DNA of 64,000 bases from Gemmatimonas sp. (GCA_965279375.1 OZ257156.1:4256001-4320000), one strand, 5' to 3'. Shown: positions 48,502-58,002, counted from the first letter of the stretch. Notes: generated by a model not told the origin, from the sequence alone. Made by a program: numbers and translations.

Positions 48502-49980
48502 ATGCCGCCGCGCGGATACGGGAGCGGGCTCACCGGCCGCGCACTGAAGCACGGGGAGACGAAGGTCGCACACGCGCCCGTCACCAACGTCTCCCCGCCG
48601 GAGCGCCGACCGGGCGATGGCGACGGCCCGATGGTGCCGCAGCCTGGCCCGCAGATGAAGATCCTCTCGTCGCCCGCCGACATCGTGATGGGAGGCGGCG
48701 GAGCTGGCGGTGGCAAGACTTGGGTGCTCGTCGCGGAGCCTGCGCGACATCAGCACGTGCCGGGCTTCAACGCCGTCTTCTTCCGCCGCACCTACTCAGA
48801 GATCACGAACCCCGACGCGCTGTGGGATGAGAGCGTGAAGGTGTACGGCCGGCTCGGATGGCGTGGTGTGAAGGGCAACCTCGAATGGACGACACCGGCT
48901 GGTGGGCGCATCGTCATGGCCCACGCGCAACACGAGAAGGACGTCGAGAGTTGGAAGTCCGCCCAGATCGCACTGCTGCTCTTCGATCAGCTCGAGACCT
49001 TCACGGAGTACCAGTTCTGGTACATGCTGAGCCGCAACCGCTCGACGTGCGGCGTCCGTCCGTACGTGCGTGCGACGTTCAACCCGGAGCCGGGGTGGCT
49101 GGCCGATCTGCTGCAGTGGTGGTGGGATCCAGCGACCGGCTATCCCATCCCCTCGCGCGATGGCGTGATTCGGTGGTTCGCCCGAATCTCGGGCGAGATC
49201 CACTGGGCCGATACGCGCGAGGCCTTGATCGAGCGCTTTGGTCCCGAGTCGCAGCCGCTGTCGATGACGTTCATCAAGGCCGTCTTGGGCGACAACAAGA
49301 TCCTCGAGGCGAAAGACCCCAGCTATCGCGCGAAGCTGATGGCGCTCCCGATTGTCGAGCAGGAGCGTCTGCTGCGGTCGAACTTCAAGATTCGGCCAAG
49401 CGCGGGCAGCGTGTTGCCGCGCGGCAAGTTCAAGCTGATCGAGCAGCTCCCAACCGATGTGCTGCGCTGGGTGCGGGGCTGGGACAACGCCGCCACGAAG
49501 GGCGCCGGCGACTGGTCCAGCGCGGTGAAGATCGGCGTGCGCGCGAACGGACGCTTCGTGATCGCGCATCGCTGGCGTGATCGCGTCGACACTGGCGGCC
49601 GTGATGAGATGATGCGGCAGCTCGCGCAGCTCGATGGCGTAGACTGCGACATCGCCATCGCCCAAGAGCCGGGCAGCGCGGGCAAAGACATCGTCTTTCA
49701 CACCAAGCGCGACCTCGCGGGGTTCACGGTCGCCTCGTATCCGGACACCGGCGACAAGCTCGCGCGCACGAAGCCGTTCGCGAGTCAACTCGCCATCGAC
49801 AACGTGGATGTCTACCTGTGGGACCCGCACGAGGTGGAGCTTTTCCTCGCCCAGATGGACGCGTTCCCCACCGCGAACGTACCGGATGACGACGTCGATG
49901 CGATGACGAAGGCGTTCAAACATCTGACGCAGGGCAACACGCAGTCCGCGTGGAGCGAGGAGGAGTTCTCGCTGGTGTAG
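48502..49980 (+). CDS. terL: Terminase large subunit (Terminase_6-like)
   Basis: PQPGPQ, GGAGGGKT, RATFNP, RGWD...GDWS, EPGSAGK and DDDVDA motifs. Confidence 0.93.
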   Translation: MPPRGYGSGLTGRALKHGETKVAHAPVTNVSPPERRPGDGDGPMVPQPGPQMKILSSPADIVMGGGGAGGGKTWVLVAEPARHQHVPGFNAVFFRRTYSEITNPDALWDESVKVYGRLGWRGVKGNLEWTTPAGGRIVMAHAQHEKDVESWKSAQIALLLFDQLETFTEYQFWYMLSRNRSTCGVRPYVRATFNPEPGWLADLLQWWWDPATGYPIPSRDGVIRWFARISGEIHWADTREALIERFGPESQPLSMTFIKAVLGDNKILEAKDPSYRAKLMALPIVEQERLLRSNFKIRPSAGSVLPRGKFKLIEQLPTDVLRWVRGWDNAATKGAGDWSSAVKIGVRANGRFVIAHRWRDRVDTGGRDEMMRQLAQLDGVDCDIAIAQEPGSAGKDIVFHTKRDLAGFTVASYPDTGDKLARTKPFASQLAIDNVDVYLWDPHEVELFLAQMDAFPTANVPDDDVDAMTKAFKHLTQGNTQSAWSEEEFSLV

Positions 49981-49986
49981 GGCTTG

Positions 49987-50018
49987 CCTTGCGCTTTTGG
50001 CATGGCATCCCCGACGAT
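49987..50018 (+). promoter_or_regulatory. Conserved phage promoter motif, copy 4
   Basis: CCTTGCGCTTTTGGCATG; TTGCGC-18nt-GACGAT. Confidence 0.6.
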
Positions 50019-50025
50019 TGAGCGC

Positions 50026-51738
50026 ATGGCCACTACCGAGAACCTCGCGCCACTGCCGATCGCCTCGTTGGGGGAGTCTCCGTCTGCCGGCGGAGATGCT
50101 GAGGCCACCGACCGCCCCGACTGGCGGGATCCGGCCAGCGCCGCGATGCTCGATGTCTGGAGTCGCTGCCGCGACGCATACGAAGGCACCGACGCCTTGC
50201 TGGCCAACGCCCGGCGCTATCTCCCGAAGCATCCGAAGGAGAAGCCGGCCGACTACGCGGCGCGGTGCGCGCACTCGGCGGTGTTCAACGCATACGGCGC
50301 CGTCATCGCAGGTCTGACAGGGCTCGCCTTCGCCAAGCCGGCCACGCTCGGCGCCGATGTGCCGAAAGCGATCCGGGACCACGCCGAGAATATCGACGGC
50401 CGCGGTCGCACGTTGCCGCTGTTCGCGCGGGATCTCACGAAAGACGGCCTCACGGTGGGCAGCACCGGCTTCATGGTGCTCTATCCGCCACGCCCGGAGA
50501 GTGCCACGGCGAAAGACGAGCAGGATGGTCTGCTGCGGCCGTACTGGATCGATCTCAAGGTCGAAGACATCCTGTCGTGGGATGAGGCCACGATCGGCGC
50601 GAAGGTGATGACGACGCAGCTCGTGTTCCGGGAGCGCGTCCGTGTCCGGCATGGGCGGTTCGGGAACCGCACGGTGGTGCGGTTCCGCGAGTTCCGACAC
50701 GACGTCACTGGACCCCTGGGGCTGCTTGAGCCCGTGACGTACGCGGTCTGGGAGGAGCGGACCCGCACCGATCGCCCAGGCAAGCGCACGGAGTGTGTGC
50801 TGCTCGAGGAGGGCACGCTGGTCAATGGTCGCGGCGCGCCGTTCAGCCGCATCCCGTTCATCCCGGTTATCCTGGGCGATCCGACGTCGCTCGTCACAGC
50901 GCGGCCGTCGCTCAAGAACCTGCTCGACCTGATGCTCAAGCTGTTCCGCATCGACAGCGATCGCACGTTCCTGATGCACTTGGCGTGCGTGCCGATCCCG
51001 GTGCGGAAAGGCTACGTCGCGCCGCGTGATGCGAGCGGGAAGCCGCAACCCGGTGGCGTCGCCGCCTCGAACGTCCTGATGGACCTGCCGGCCGACACGC
51101 CGCAGGCCTCGGGCGCATCGTTCTCGTGGGCCGAGATCACCGGGAGCGCCTTCGAGCCGACGCAGCGCGAGATCGAGAAGCTCAAGGCCGACATGGGCGC
51201 AGTGGGCCTGCAGTTCCTCGCACCGTCAACGCGCGCCGCTGAGACAGAGGGTGCGCGTCGTCTCGACGCCCGCATCGAGAACGCGTCGCTGTCGTCCACG
51301 ATCTCGACCGTCGAGGCCGCGGTTGAGGAAGGCCTCAAGCTGCACGCAGAGTACATGGGGATCGAGCTGGTCACGAACGGCGAGCAGTCGGGCGGCAGCT
51401 TCACGGCGAATCGCGACTACGAGCGGACCGTCCTGAGCGAGGCGATGATCAAGGTCTACAGTGATCTCGTGCTCGCTGATCAGATGACGCTCGAGACGTT
51501 CTACCTGATCCTGCAGCAAGGACGCGCGCTGCCCGATGGCTTCGACGTCGCGAAGGAAGTCTCGCGCCTACAGGGGCTCCTCGGTGATCGCATGGATGCC
51601 GCGCGCGTGCGGGGCATCGCCCTCGCGCCCGATCCGACCGAGGACCCATCAACCGATCCGAGTACGGACCAGAGCACCGATCCTGCCCCTGCTGACGCGA
51701 CTGGCAGCACCACACGCGTCCCACCGGGTGGCGCGTGA
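50026..51738 (+). CDS. Portal protein (DUF4055-like)
   Basis: RDAYEG...YLPK...E...YAAR, NIDGRG, IPFIP and AAET motifs; follows TerL. Confidence 0.85.
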   Translation: MATTENLAPLPIASLGESPSAGGDAEATDRPDWRDPASAAMLDVWSRCRDAYEGTDALLANARRYLPKHPKEKPADYAARCAHSAVFNAYGAVIAGLTGLAFAKPATLGADVPKAIRDHAENIDGRGRTLPLFARDLTKDGLTVGSTGFMVLYPPRPESATAKDEQDGLLRPYWIDLKVEDILSWDEATIGAKVMTTQLVFRERVRVRHGRFGNRTVVRFREFRHDVTGPLGLLEPVTYAVWEERTRTDRPGKRTECVLLEEGTLVNGRGAPFSRIPFIPVILGDPTSLVTARPSLKNLLDLMLKLFRIDSDRTFLMHLACVPIPVRKGYVAPRDASGKPQPGGVAASNVLMDLPADTPQASGASFSWAEITGSAFEPTQREIEKLKADMGAVGLQFLAPSTRAAETEGARRLDARIENASLSSTISTVEAAVEEGLKLHAEYMGIELVTNGEQSGGSFTANRDYERTVLSEAMIKVYSDLVLADQMTLETFYLILQQGRALPDGFDVAKEVSRLQGLLGDRMDAARVRGIALAPDPTEDPSTDPSTDQSTDPAPADATGSTTRVPPGGA

Positions 51739-52055
51739 CGATCCGCACTGCTGCGCGCGATGAGCAGTCCGAGCCCGAAGACGTCGAGCCGAATGGCTAC
51801 GTGCGTCTGACGTCGGCCAAGACCGGCACGATCGACCTCCGCATCGACATGCTGCCCCTCGTCCGCGACTGGCAGCACCACACGCGTCCCACCGGGTGGG
51901 TGCAGGGCGTGTCACGCTACGGCGCGGTGCTCGACTTCTGGTGGCCCGACATTCGCGAGATCGAAGTGCGCACGCCTGAGGCGATCGCGAACGAGTTCCG
52001 GATCGACGGCGCCTACGCGCGCGTCGTGCGCGACGACGACGACTCGTGGAAGTGA
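51735..52055 (+). CDS. Phage hypothetical protein
   Basis: GTGA coupling to the portal gene. Confidence 0.55.
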   Translation: MTIRTAARDEQSEPEDVEPNGYVRLTSAKTGTIDLRIDMLPLVRDWQHHTRPTGWVQGVSRYGAVLDFWWPDIREIEVRTPEAIANEFRIDGAYARVVRDDDDSWK

Positions 52056-52081
52056 GTCGTCCGCGCCGCCGGCGGTAGCGG

Positions 52082-53344
52082 ATGGCGACGTACTCTATTC
52101 CCCCGGTCGGACCGGGCTGGCAGCTCGCCGCCCTGGTGGCGCGTTACCGCTACGCCGCTTCGATCGAGCAGGAAGTCCTCGGCATTCTCGAAGACGCCTA
52201 TCGCGAGATCGCGCGGCGACTGCAGCGTGGGCCGCTGCTGACGCGCGTCGATCGCGCCGCGCTGGAGGATCGCTTCCTAGAAGTCCGCACCCTGCTGACC
52301 GAAGCGTACGGGACGGCGCGCGCGGCGACGACGCCGCTGTTGCGCGAGTATGCGGCGCTCGAGCGCGAAGTCGCTGGCCGCCAGATCGCCGCGTTGGCCG
52401 CCGTGCAGCGCGCCACCGTCGCGGATGCGATGGCCTCCAGCACGATCGAACTCGCGCGCACGATCGGCGCGGAGCCCGGCGGCGCATCGCTGGTGCTGCA
52501 GGGAGTGCCCCGCCAGCTCGTCGTCTCCGCTGCACGCCTCACCGAGATCGTCGAGACGCTTGATGTCGGCGGGATCAACTTCGGCGACTGGTGGGTGAAG
52601 GCGCGCGATGACGGCGTGCTGCGCGTGCGGCGGCTGATCCAGACCGGCGTCGTGCAGGGCCTGAACCCGAGCGATATCGGGGCGCGCATCTGGAGCAGTC
52701 GCCTCACGCCGGGCCCCAACGCGTGGCGCCAATCGCGCAGCGTCGCGATGACGGCGGCCCGCACGGTCGTGACGGCGCTCCAGACCGACGCACAGCTCGC
52801 CGCCGAGGCACAGTTCTCGAGCGTCATCGGGGCCTACGAGTTTCAGGCCGTCATCGACAGCCGCACGTCTGAGATCTGCCGGCCGCTCGATGGGACGATC
52901 TATCGGCGCGGCGATCCGAAGATGCCGATCCCCCCGTTGCACCCGAATTGCCGGAGTGCCTTGGTGCCGGTGGTCGATCTGCCGGGCATTCGCCGGGATC
53001 CGCAGGCACCGCGGCTGTCGTATGACGCGTGGCTCCGTCAGCAGCCCCCGAACGTGCAAAACCTCGTGCTCGGCAAAGGCGTTGCAGAGCACTACCGCGC
53101 GAACAAGGCCTCGCTGAGCGATCTGCTCAGTGTCGATCGCCGGCCGATCGGGCTCACGCAGCTGCGACGCGTGCTCACGACGACGCACGGCGAAAGCTAC
53201 GTCGCGTGGGTGCAGTCGCTCCCCAAGGCCGCGCAGCGCGCGGTGCTCGGCCCTGCCCTGGCGAAGCAACTCGCGAACGGCACGGCGAATCTCGCCGACA
53301 TTCTGCAGGCCAGCGCCGCCGGCGGAATCATCACGCGCACGTAG
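52082..53344 (+). CDS. Minor head / head morphogenesis protein (SPP1 gp7 / MuF-like)
   Basis: ART, DSRTSEICRPLDG and PPLHPNCRS motifs. Confidence 0.9.
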   Translation: MATYSIPPVGPGWQLAALVARYRYAASIEQEVLGILEDAYREIARRLQRGPLLTRVDRAALEDRFLEVRTLLTEAYGTARAATTPLLREYAALEREVAGRQIAALAAVQRATVADAMASSTIELARTIGAEPGGASLVLQGVPRQLVVSAARLTEIVETLDVGGINFGDWWVKARDDGVLRVRRLIQTGVVQGLNPSDIGARIWSSRLTPGPNAWRQSRSVAMTAARTVVTALQTDAQLAAEAQFSSVIGAYEFQAVIDSRTSEICRPLDGTIYRRGDPKMPIPPLHPNCRSALVPVVDLPGIRRDPQAPRLSYDAWLRQQPPNVQNLVLGKGVAEHYRANKASLSDLLSVDRRPIGLTQLRRVLTTTHGESYVAWVQSLPKAAQRAVLGPALAKQLANGTANLADILQASAAGGIITRT

Positions 53345-53387
53345 CGCCTCGTGGCGCCCTGTTGCGTGTGTTGCGTTCTGTTGTTTC

Positions 53388-53419
53388 CCTTGCGCTTTTG
53401 GCATGGGCATTCCTACGGT
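53388..53419 (+). promoter_or_regulatory. Conserved phage promoter motif, copy 5
   Basis: CCTTGCGCTTTTGGCATG; TTGCGC-18nt-TACGGT. Confidence 0.65.
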
Positions 53420-53499
53420 TCCGTCGTGCGGGACGTGGGACGCGTCCGCACCGTGCCGCACGGGTGATCCGACGGCGCGCCTCTCACCACTAGGAGCGT

Positions 53500-54294
53500 A
53501 TGCCCGAGATCGTTCTCTCCCCCGTCGTCGATACCATCGAAGAAGTCGTCGAGTCGCATCGTGATCTGTACGAAGCGCGCGATGGCAAGTTCGTGCTGGC
53601 CAAGCCGGTCAAGCTCGAAGATGTCGCCGGACTCCGCAGCGCCCTCGACAGCGAGCGGAAGCTCGCGCGAGACCTCGCCGCGAAGGCGAAGGACCTGCCT
53701 CCCGATGTGCAGGAGCGACTCAAGAAGGCCGAAGAGCTCGAGCGACTCGAAGCGGAACGGAAGGGCGAGTACCAGAAGCTGCTCCAGACGAACGAAGAGA
53801 AGTCGAAGGCCGCGATCGCCGAACGTGACGCGCGCATCCAGCAGGTCACGACCGAATTCACCAGCACGTTGATGGAGAACACCGCCACGCGCGCGCTCGA
53901 CGCAGCGGGTGGCAGTGTCGAAGGCCTGCTCCCGCACGTGTTGCCCGAGCTGCGCGCGGTCGAAGATCCGGCGAAGCCCGGCAAGTTCGTCGTGATCGTG
54001 GTCGACAAGAAGGACCCGAGCAAAGAGCGCCTGAACAGCAAGGCGCAGCCCATGACTGTCGAAGAGTTGATCGCGGAGAAGCGGGAGCACCCGACGCTCG
54101 CGCTGCTGTTCAAGGCCTCACCGGCCAGCGGGAGCGGAGGCAGTGGCTCGCGCTTCACTCCGGGACAGCCGCGTCTCGTGCGCGTGACGCGCGAAGAGGT
54201 GAAGGACCCGGCGCGCTATGCCGCGCTGAAGGCGCAGAAGGAGAAGGGCGAGATCGACGGCGTCATGCTCGATGATGGACGTCGCCTCATCTAA
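53500..54294 (+). CDS. Capsid scaffolding protein
   Basis: EDVAGLRSALDSER coiled coil, LFKAS..SGSGG; AGGAG RBS; precedes the capsid gene. Confidence 0.85.
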   Translation: MPEIVLSPVVDTIEEVVESHRDLYEARDGKFVLAKPVKLEDVAGLRSALDSERKLARDLAAKAKDLPPDVQERLKKAEELERLEAERKGEYQKLLQTNEEKSKAAIAERDARIQQVTTEFTSTLMENTATRALDAAGGSVEGLLPHVLPELRAVEDPAKPGKFVVIVVDKKDPSKERLNSKAQPMTVEELIAEKREHPTLALLFKASPASGSGGSGSRFTPGQPRLVRVTREEVKDPARYAALKAQKEKGEIDGVMLDDGRRLI

Positions 54295-54514
54295 CCGTCG
54301 TTCGCAGTTGTAGCACGCAGTCGTAGCAGCAGCACACATCGCGTTGTCGGCGGGATGCCGACGACGTGCCACGCACTCGACTCGAGCGCGTGTTGCGCGT
54401 GGGGCGCGCACCAACTCCCGGCGTGGATCGGCATTCGGCCATCCCGCCTCGATCGGTGCGCGCCCTTCGTCGTCTCGGGCCGTCGCACCTCGACATCACT
54501 CCGAGGATCGCACG

Positions 54515-55651
54515 ATGGCCACGAATACTTACGGCAACTACAACGAAGTCTTCTTCGCCCAGGAAGCGCTGCCCTTCCTGAAGAACTCCCTTGGTCTCGC
54601 CTCGCGCATCTACCGCGAGCTCGACGGCGGCACGAAGGAGCAGGGTGACACGACGCAGATCCGTCGCCCGTCGACGTTCGTCGCGCAGAACGCGCCCAGC
54701 ACGGCGCAGGATCTCAACACCCAGAAGGTCACCCTGACGCTCTCGCAGTGGCAGGAAGTGAAGTTCGAGATCACGGACAAGGACCGCGCGCTCACGTCCG
54801 ACAAGATCATCACGGACCACATCGCCCCGGCTGCGTACGCGCTGGCCAACAAGGTCGATGTCGACCTTGCGAGCCTCATCCTGCGCGTGCCGAACGTCGC
54901 GCAGCTCTCCGGCACGTTCGACATCAAGGATCTCGCGAAGGCCACCCAGGTGCTCTTCGATCTCGGCGTGCCGATCGACGATCCGGGCAAGCTCTTCGGC
55001 ATGGTCGACGGCAACCTGAAGACCGAAATCCTCGGCTACATGGCCGGCAAGAACATGATGGGCTACGGCACCGATGCCGCCCGTCAGAAGGGTACGCTCG
55101 CCGAGATCATGGGTGTGAACTGGTTCGCGAACCAGAACACGCCGTCGTTCACGACCAACACCCTCGTCGACGGTGTCGGTGCCCTGACGGCGAACGCCGC
55201 GATCAACGCCACCACGATCGCGATCGGCTCGATCGACGCGACGGGCTCGGTCAAGATCGGCGACACGTTCAGCATCGCCGGCATCACGACGCGCTTCACC
55301 GTCACGGCGAACGCGACGGCGACCGCTGGTGCAATCGCGGCGCTGCAGTTCGAGCCCTCGCTGCCGGCTGCGGTGCTGTCCGGTGCGGTCGTGACGTTCC
55401 ACACGCTCGCGGCGGCGAAGAAGGTGAACTGCGTGTTCCACAAGAACTTCGCCGCGGTGAAGTTCGCCCCGCTGCCCGACGACATGCCGGGTGTGCAGGT
55501 CTACACCGTCACGGATCCGGATTCGGCGCTCTCGATCCGCGCCCGAATCTTCTACGAGGGCAACAACTCGAAGATGTTCGTCGCGCTGGACTGCCTGTAC
55601 GGCTTCCAGATCCTCGACTTCAACTTCGCCACGCGGTTGTACGCCGCGTAA
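54515..55651 (+). CDS. Major capsid protein, P22 gp5-like with insertion domain
   Basis: GDTTQIRRP, IAPAAYALANKVD, GDTFSIAG insertion, FHKN and LDCLYG motifs. Confidence 0.9.
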   Translation: MATNTYGNYNEVFFAQEALPFLKNSLGLASRIYRELDGGTKEQGDTTQIRRPSTFVAQNAPSTAQDLNTQKVTLTLSQWQEVKFEITDKDRALTSDKIITDHIAPAAYALANKVDVDLASLILRVPNVAQLSGTFDIKDLAKATQVLFDLGVPIDDPGKLFGMVDGNLKTEILGYMAGKNMMGYGTDAARQKGTLAEIMGVNWFANQNTPSFTTNTLVDGVGALTANAAINATTIAIGSIDATGSVKIGDTFSIAGITTRFTVTANATATAGAIAALQFEPSLPAAVLSGAVVTFHTLAAAKKVNCVFHKNFAAVKFAPLPDDMPGVQVYTVTDPDSALSIRARIFYEGNNSKMFVALDCLYGFQILDFNFATRLYAA

Positions 55652-55657
55652 TCGACG

Positions 55658-55694
55658 GGACCCGGTGCACCGCTTCTGGTGCACCGGGTCCTTG
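55658..55694 (+). terminator. Hairpin after the capsid gene
   Basis: GGACCCGGTGCACC-gcttct-GGTGCACCGGGTCC, 14-bp stem with a weak T tail. Confidence 0.7.
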
Positions 55695-55729
55695 TCGTGT
55701 TCCCACTCCCCAACCTGAGACCTCCGCCC

Positions 55730-55996
55730 ATGGACATCACGCGTCCGACCGTTCGGCTCTTCGTGCCGAAGTTCGATGCTGTCGTCACGGTCAATGCCGA
55801 CGAGGAAGCGCAGTTCCGCACGCAGTACGGCGCGCGCGGCGAGCACGAACCCGCGCCCGAGCCGAGCAAGCCCAAGCCGTTCCTGACGAAGGCCGAGAAG
55901 GCTGCGGCAGAGAAGGCGGCTGCTGACGCGGCTGCCGCTGAGAAGGCCGCCGCCGACGCTGCCGCGTCCGGCAGCTCGACTGGCTCGAGCGAGTAA
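55730..55996 (+). CDS. Small Ala/Lys-rich phage protein
   Basis: AEKAAA repeats; typical position after the capsid gene. Confidence 0.65.
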   Translation: MDITRPTVRLFVPKFDAVVTVNADEEAQFRTQYGARGEHEPAPEPSKPKPFLTKAEKAAAEKAAADAAAAEKAAADAAASGSSTGSSE

Positions 55997-56002
55997 GCAT
56001 CG

Positions 56003-56539
56003 ATGCCCATCACCATCGACGCGACCGTTAACACCAGCACCGCCAACAGCTACGTCACGCTGGTGGAGGCGAACGCGTACATCGCGTCGCGCCTCTTCAG
56101 CACGGCGTGGACAGGGGCGGCGGATGATGACGTGCGGTCGATGGCGCTGATCACCGCGACGCGTCGGCTCGATCAGGAGACGTGGCGCGGGGTGCGGACC
56201 AACTCTGCCCAGGCGCTCGCATTCGGGCGTATGGGCATCTGGTTGGATGAATCATCGCTCTACATCGACGGACAGATGTATCGTGGCTCGGTCGATCCGA
56301 ACACGATACCAGTGCCGATCAAGCAAGCCTGCATCGAGACCGCGGTCGACCTGCTCACGAAGAACGTCGACGCGGCTGCACGCGATGCGCTGTCGAAGTT
56401 CGCGAGTCTCAAGATCGGCAGTATTGGCCTCACGTTGAAGGACACCGCGCCCGCCACGGCCGATGATCTGCGGCCCACGGTGTGGCGTCTGATCGCGCCG
56501 TACCTAGGCGATACCACCGCCTCGTTCGATCGCGGCTGA
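56003..56539 (+). CDS. Head-tail adaptor (often annotated DnaT-like ssDNA-binding)
   Basis: ANSYVTLVEANAY...ALITATRRLD...QAL...IPVPIKQACIE. Confidence 0.85.
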   Translation: MPITIDATVNTSTANSYVTLVEANAYIASRLFSTAWTGAADDDVRSMALITATRRLDQETWRGVRTNSAQALAFGRMGIWLDESSLYIDGQMYRGSVDPNTIPVPIKQACIETAVDLLTKNVDAAARDALSKFASLKIGSIGLTLKDTAPATADDLRPTVWRLIAPYLGDTTASFDRG

Positions 56540-56540
56540 C

Positions 56541-56966
56541 ATGTCCATCGCGACGGACATCGCCAACGCGCTCGGCGCTCCCCTGCTCTTCCTCGCTAAA
56601 GAGCTCGGCTGTCAGGTCGCGCGCTACACGCCGACCACAACGCGTACGGCGGACAAGCAGAGCACGCGCACCTACAGTGCCGATCTCGCCGCGGCGGCGT
56701 TGCCGGCGTTCTTCGAACCGGGCAGGACGCCGACCGAAGCCCTGCAGAAGCCCTTCGGTGTGCGGACCACATCGCACGGCACCCTGCTCTTTGTGAAGCA
56801 GGACGCGATCCCGCTGCCGATCATCTCGCCATTCGACGGCTTCAAGATCACGACGGGCCCGTACGCCGGATACACTTGGATCGCCGAGGCCGAAGGCGTG
56901 CCCGACGACGTTGGGGCCACGATGTCGGTCGTCGTAATCGCAGCACCCGCAGGAGCGATCACATGA
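56541..56966 (+). CDS. Putative head closure (stopper) protein
   Basis: Position and beta-rich sequence only. Confidence 0.55.
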   Translation: MSIATDIANALGAPLLFLAKELGCQVARYTPTTTRTADKQSTRTYSADLAAAALPAFFEPGRTPTEALQKPFGVRTTSHGTLLFVKQDAIPLPIISPFDGFKITTGPYAGYTWIAEAEGVPDDVGATMSVVVIAAPAGAIT

Positions 56967-57553
56967 CGTGGCGCACCGAGTCGGGACAGCGCCCTGACGC
57001 GGCGCTCGATGCGTTCGCCAACGGCGTGCGGGAACGTGCGCCGCAGGCCCTCGGTGCGGTCGCGGTCGCGCTCAAGGCCGAGATCCAGCGCCAGCTCTCG
57101 AAGCCGGGCGCCGGCAAGTACTACGCGAAGTTCGCCGACGATGGTCGCCAGAACGTGGGCCCGTTTCGCGGGCGCAAGCGCACTGGCCCGCTGACGAAGT
57201 CGCAAGCGCGCGCCGAGAAGCTCAACAACGAACGCCAGGCGACGGCCGCGCGCCTCAATGCGGGCACGCAGTCGCTCGACACGGTCACGCGTAAGCAAGT
57301 CCTCACGGGATTGCACCGCGCGTCGAAGCCCGGTGATCCGCCGGCAGCCGACACGGGCGCACTGAAGCGCAGCGCCTTCGTGGAGCGCATTCGCACCGGT
57401 GCACGCGTCGGCGTAGCGATGCTGTACGCGGCGTGGCTCGAGTTCGGCACGCGAAAGATCGCGCCGCGTCCGTTCCTGCGACCCGCGCTCGCGGTCGTGC
57501 GCGCGCGCTTCGGGCCGATCATGCGGGCGACGCTGCGCGGGGGTGGGCGATGA
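56963..57553 (+). CDS. HK97 gp10-like neck / tail completion protein
   Basis: SKPGDPPAADTGALKRS...YAAWLEFGTRKIAPRPFLRPA. Confidence 0.85.
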   Translation: MTWRTESGQRPDAALDAFANGVRERAPQALGAVAVALKAEIQRQLSKPGAGKYYAKFADDGRQNVGPFRGRKRTGPLTKSQARAEKLNNERQATAARLNAGTQSLDTVTRKQVLTGLHRASKPGDPPAADTGALKRSAFVERIRTGARVGVAMLYAAWLEFGTRKIAPRPFLRPALAVVRARFGPIMRATLRGGGR

Positions 57554-57978
57554 CGATCACCGATCCGGTGCAGGTCTGGTTCGAGACGACGTGCACGATC
57601 ATCGACGCGGACGCCGAACTCCGCGCGCTGTTTGGTCGCACGACCGATCTGTGTCTGCCGTGGGATGACTTCACGGTCGACGGGCCCCTGCCGGTCATCG
57701 CGCTGCAGGTCATCGAATCAACGCCGCTCGGCAACACCGACCGACGCGTCACGCTGCAGTGCAGCGCCTACGCCGCGAAGCAGAGCGACGCGAACAAGAC
57801 GATCGCCTACCTCGACTTCTCGCTCTTGAAGTACCCGGCCTACAACGCACGTGGGTTGCAGGTCGGTCGTGACCCGAGCACGCGCGCCGTGCGTCGGTGG
57901 CCCGGCGCCGATCCACGACAGGACGACGCCGCCGTTTGTCGGGCCGATGTCGATCTCACGTTTCTCATCCCTGGCTAA
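57550..57978 (+). CDS. Putative tail terminator
   Basis: Position between the gp10-like gene and the tube; size 142 aa. Confidence 0.55.
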   Translation: MTITDPVQVWFETTCTIIDADAELRALFGRTTDLCLPWDDFTVDGPLPVIALQVIESTPLGNTDRRVTLQCSAYAAKQSDANKTIAYLDFSLLKYPAYNARGLQVGRDPSTRAVRRWPGADPRQDDAAVCRADVDLTFLIPG

Positions 57979-58002
57979 CCGCCACCATCACCGAGGTATC
58001 CC

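Noticed and set aside
48796..55846. Long minus-strand ORFs opposite the structural genes (48796..51048, 52277..53461, 54287..55846)
   Set aside because: Arg/His-rich shadow translations with no motifs or RBS.
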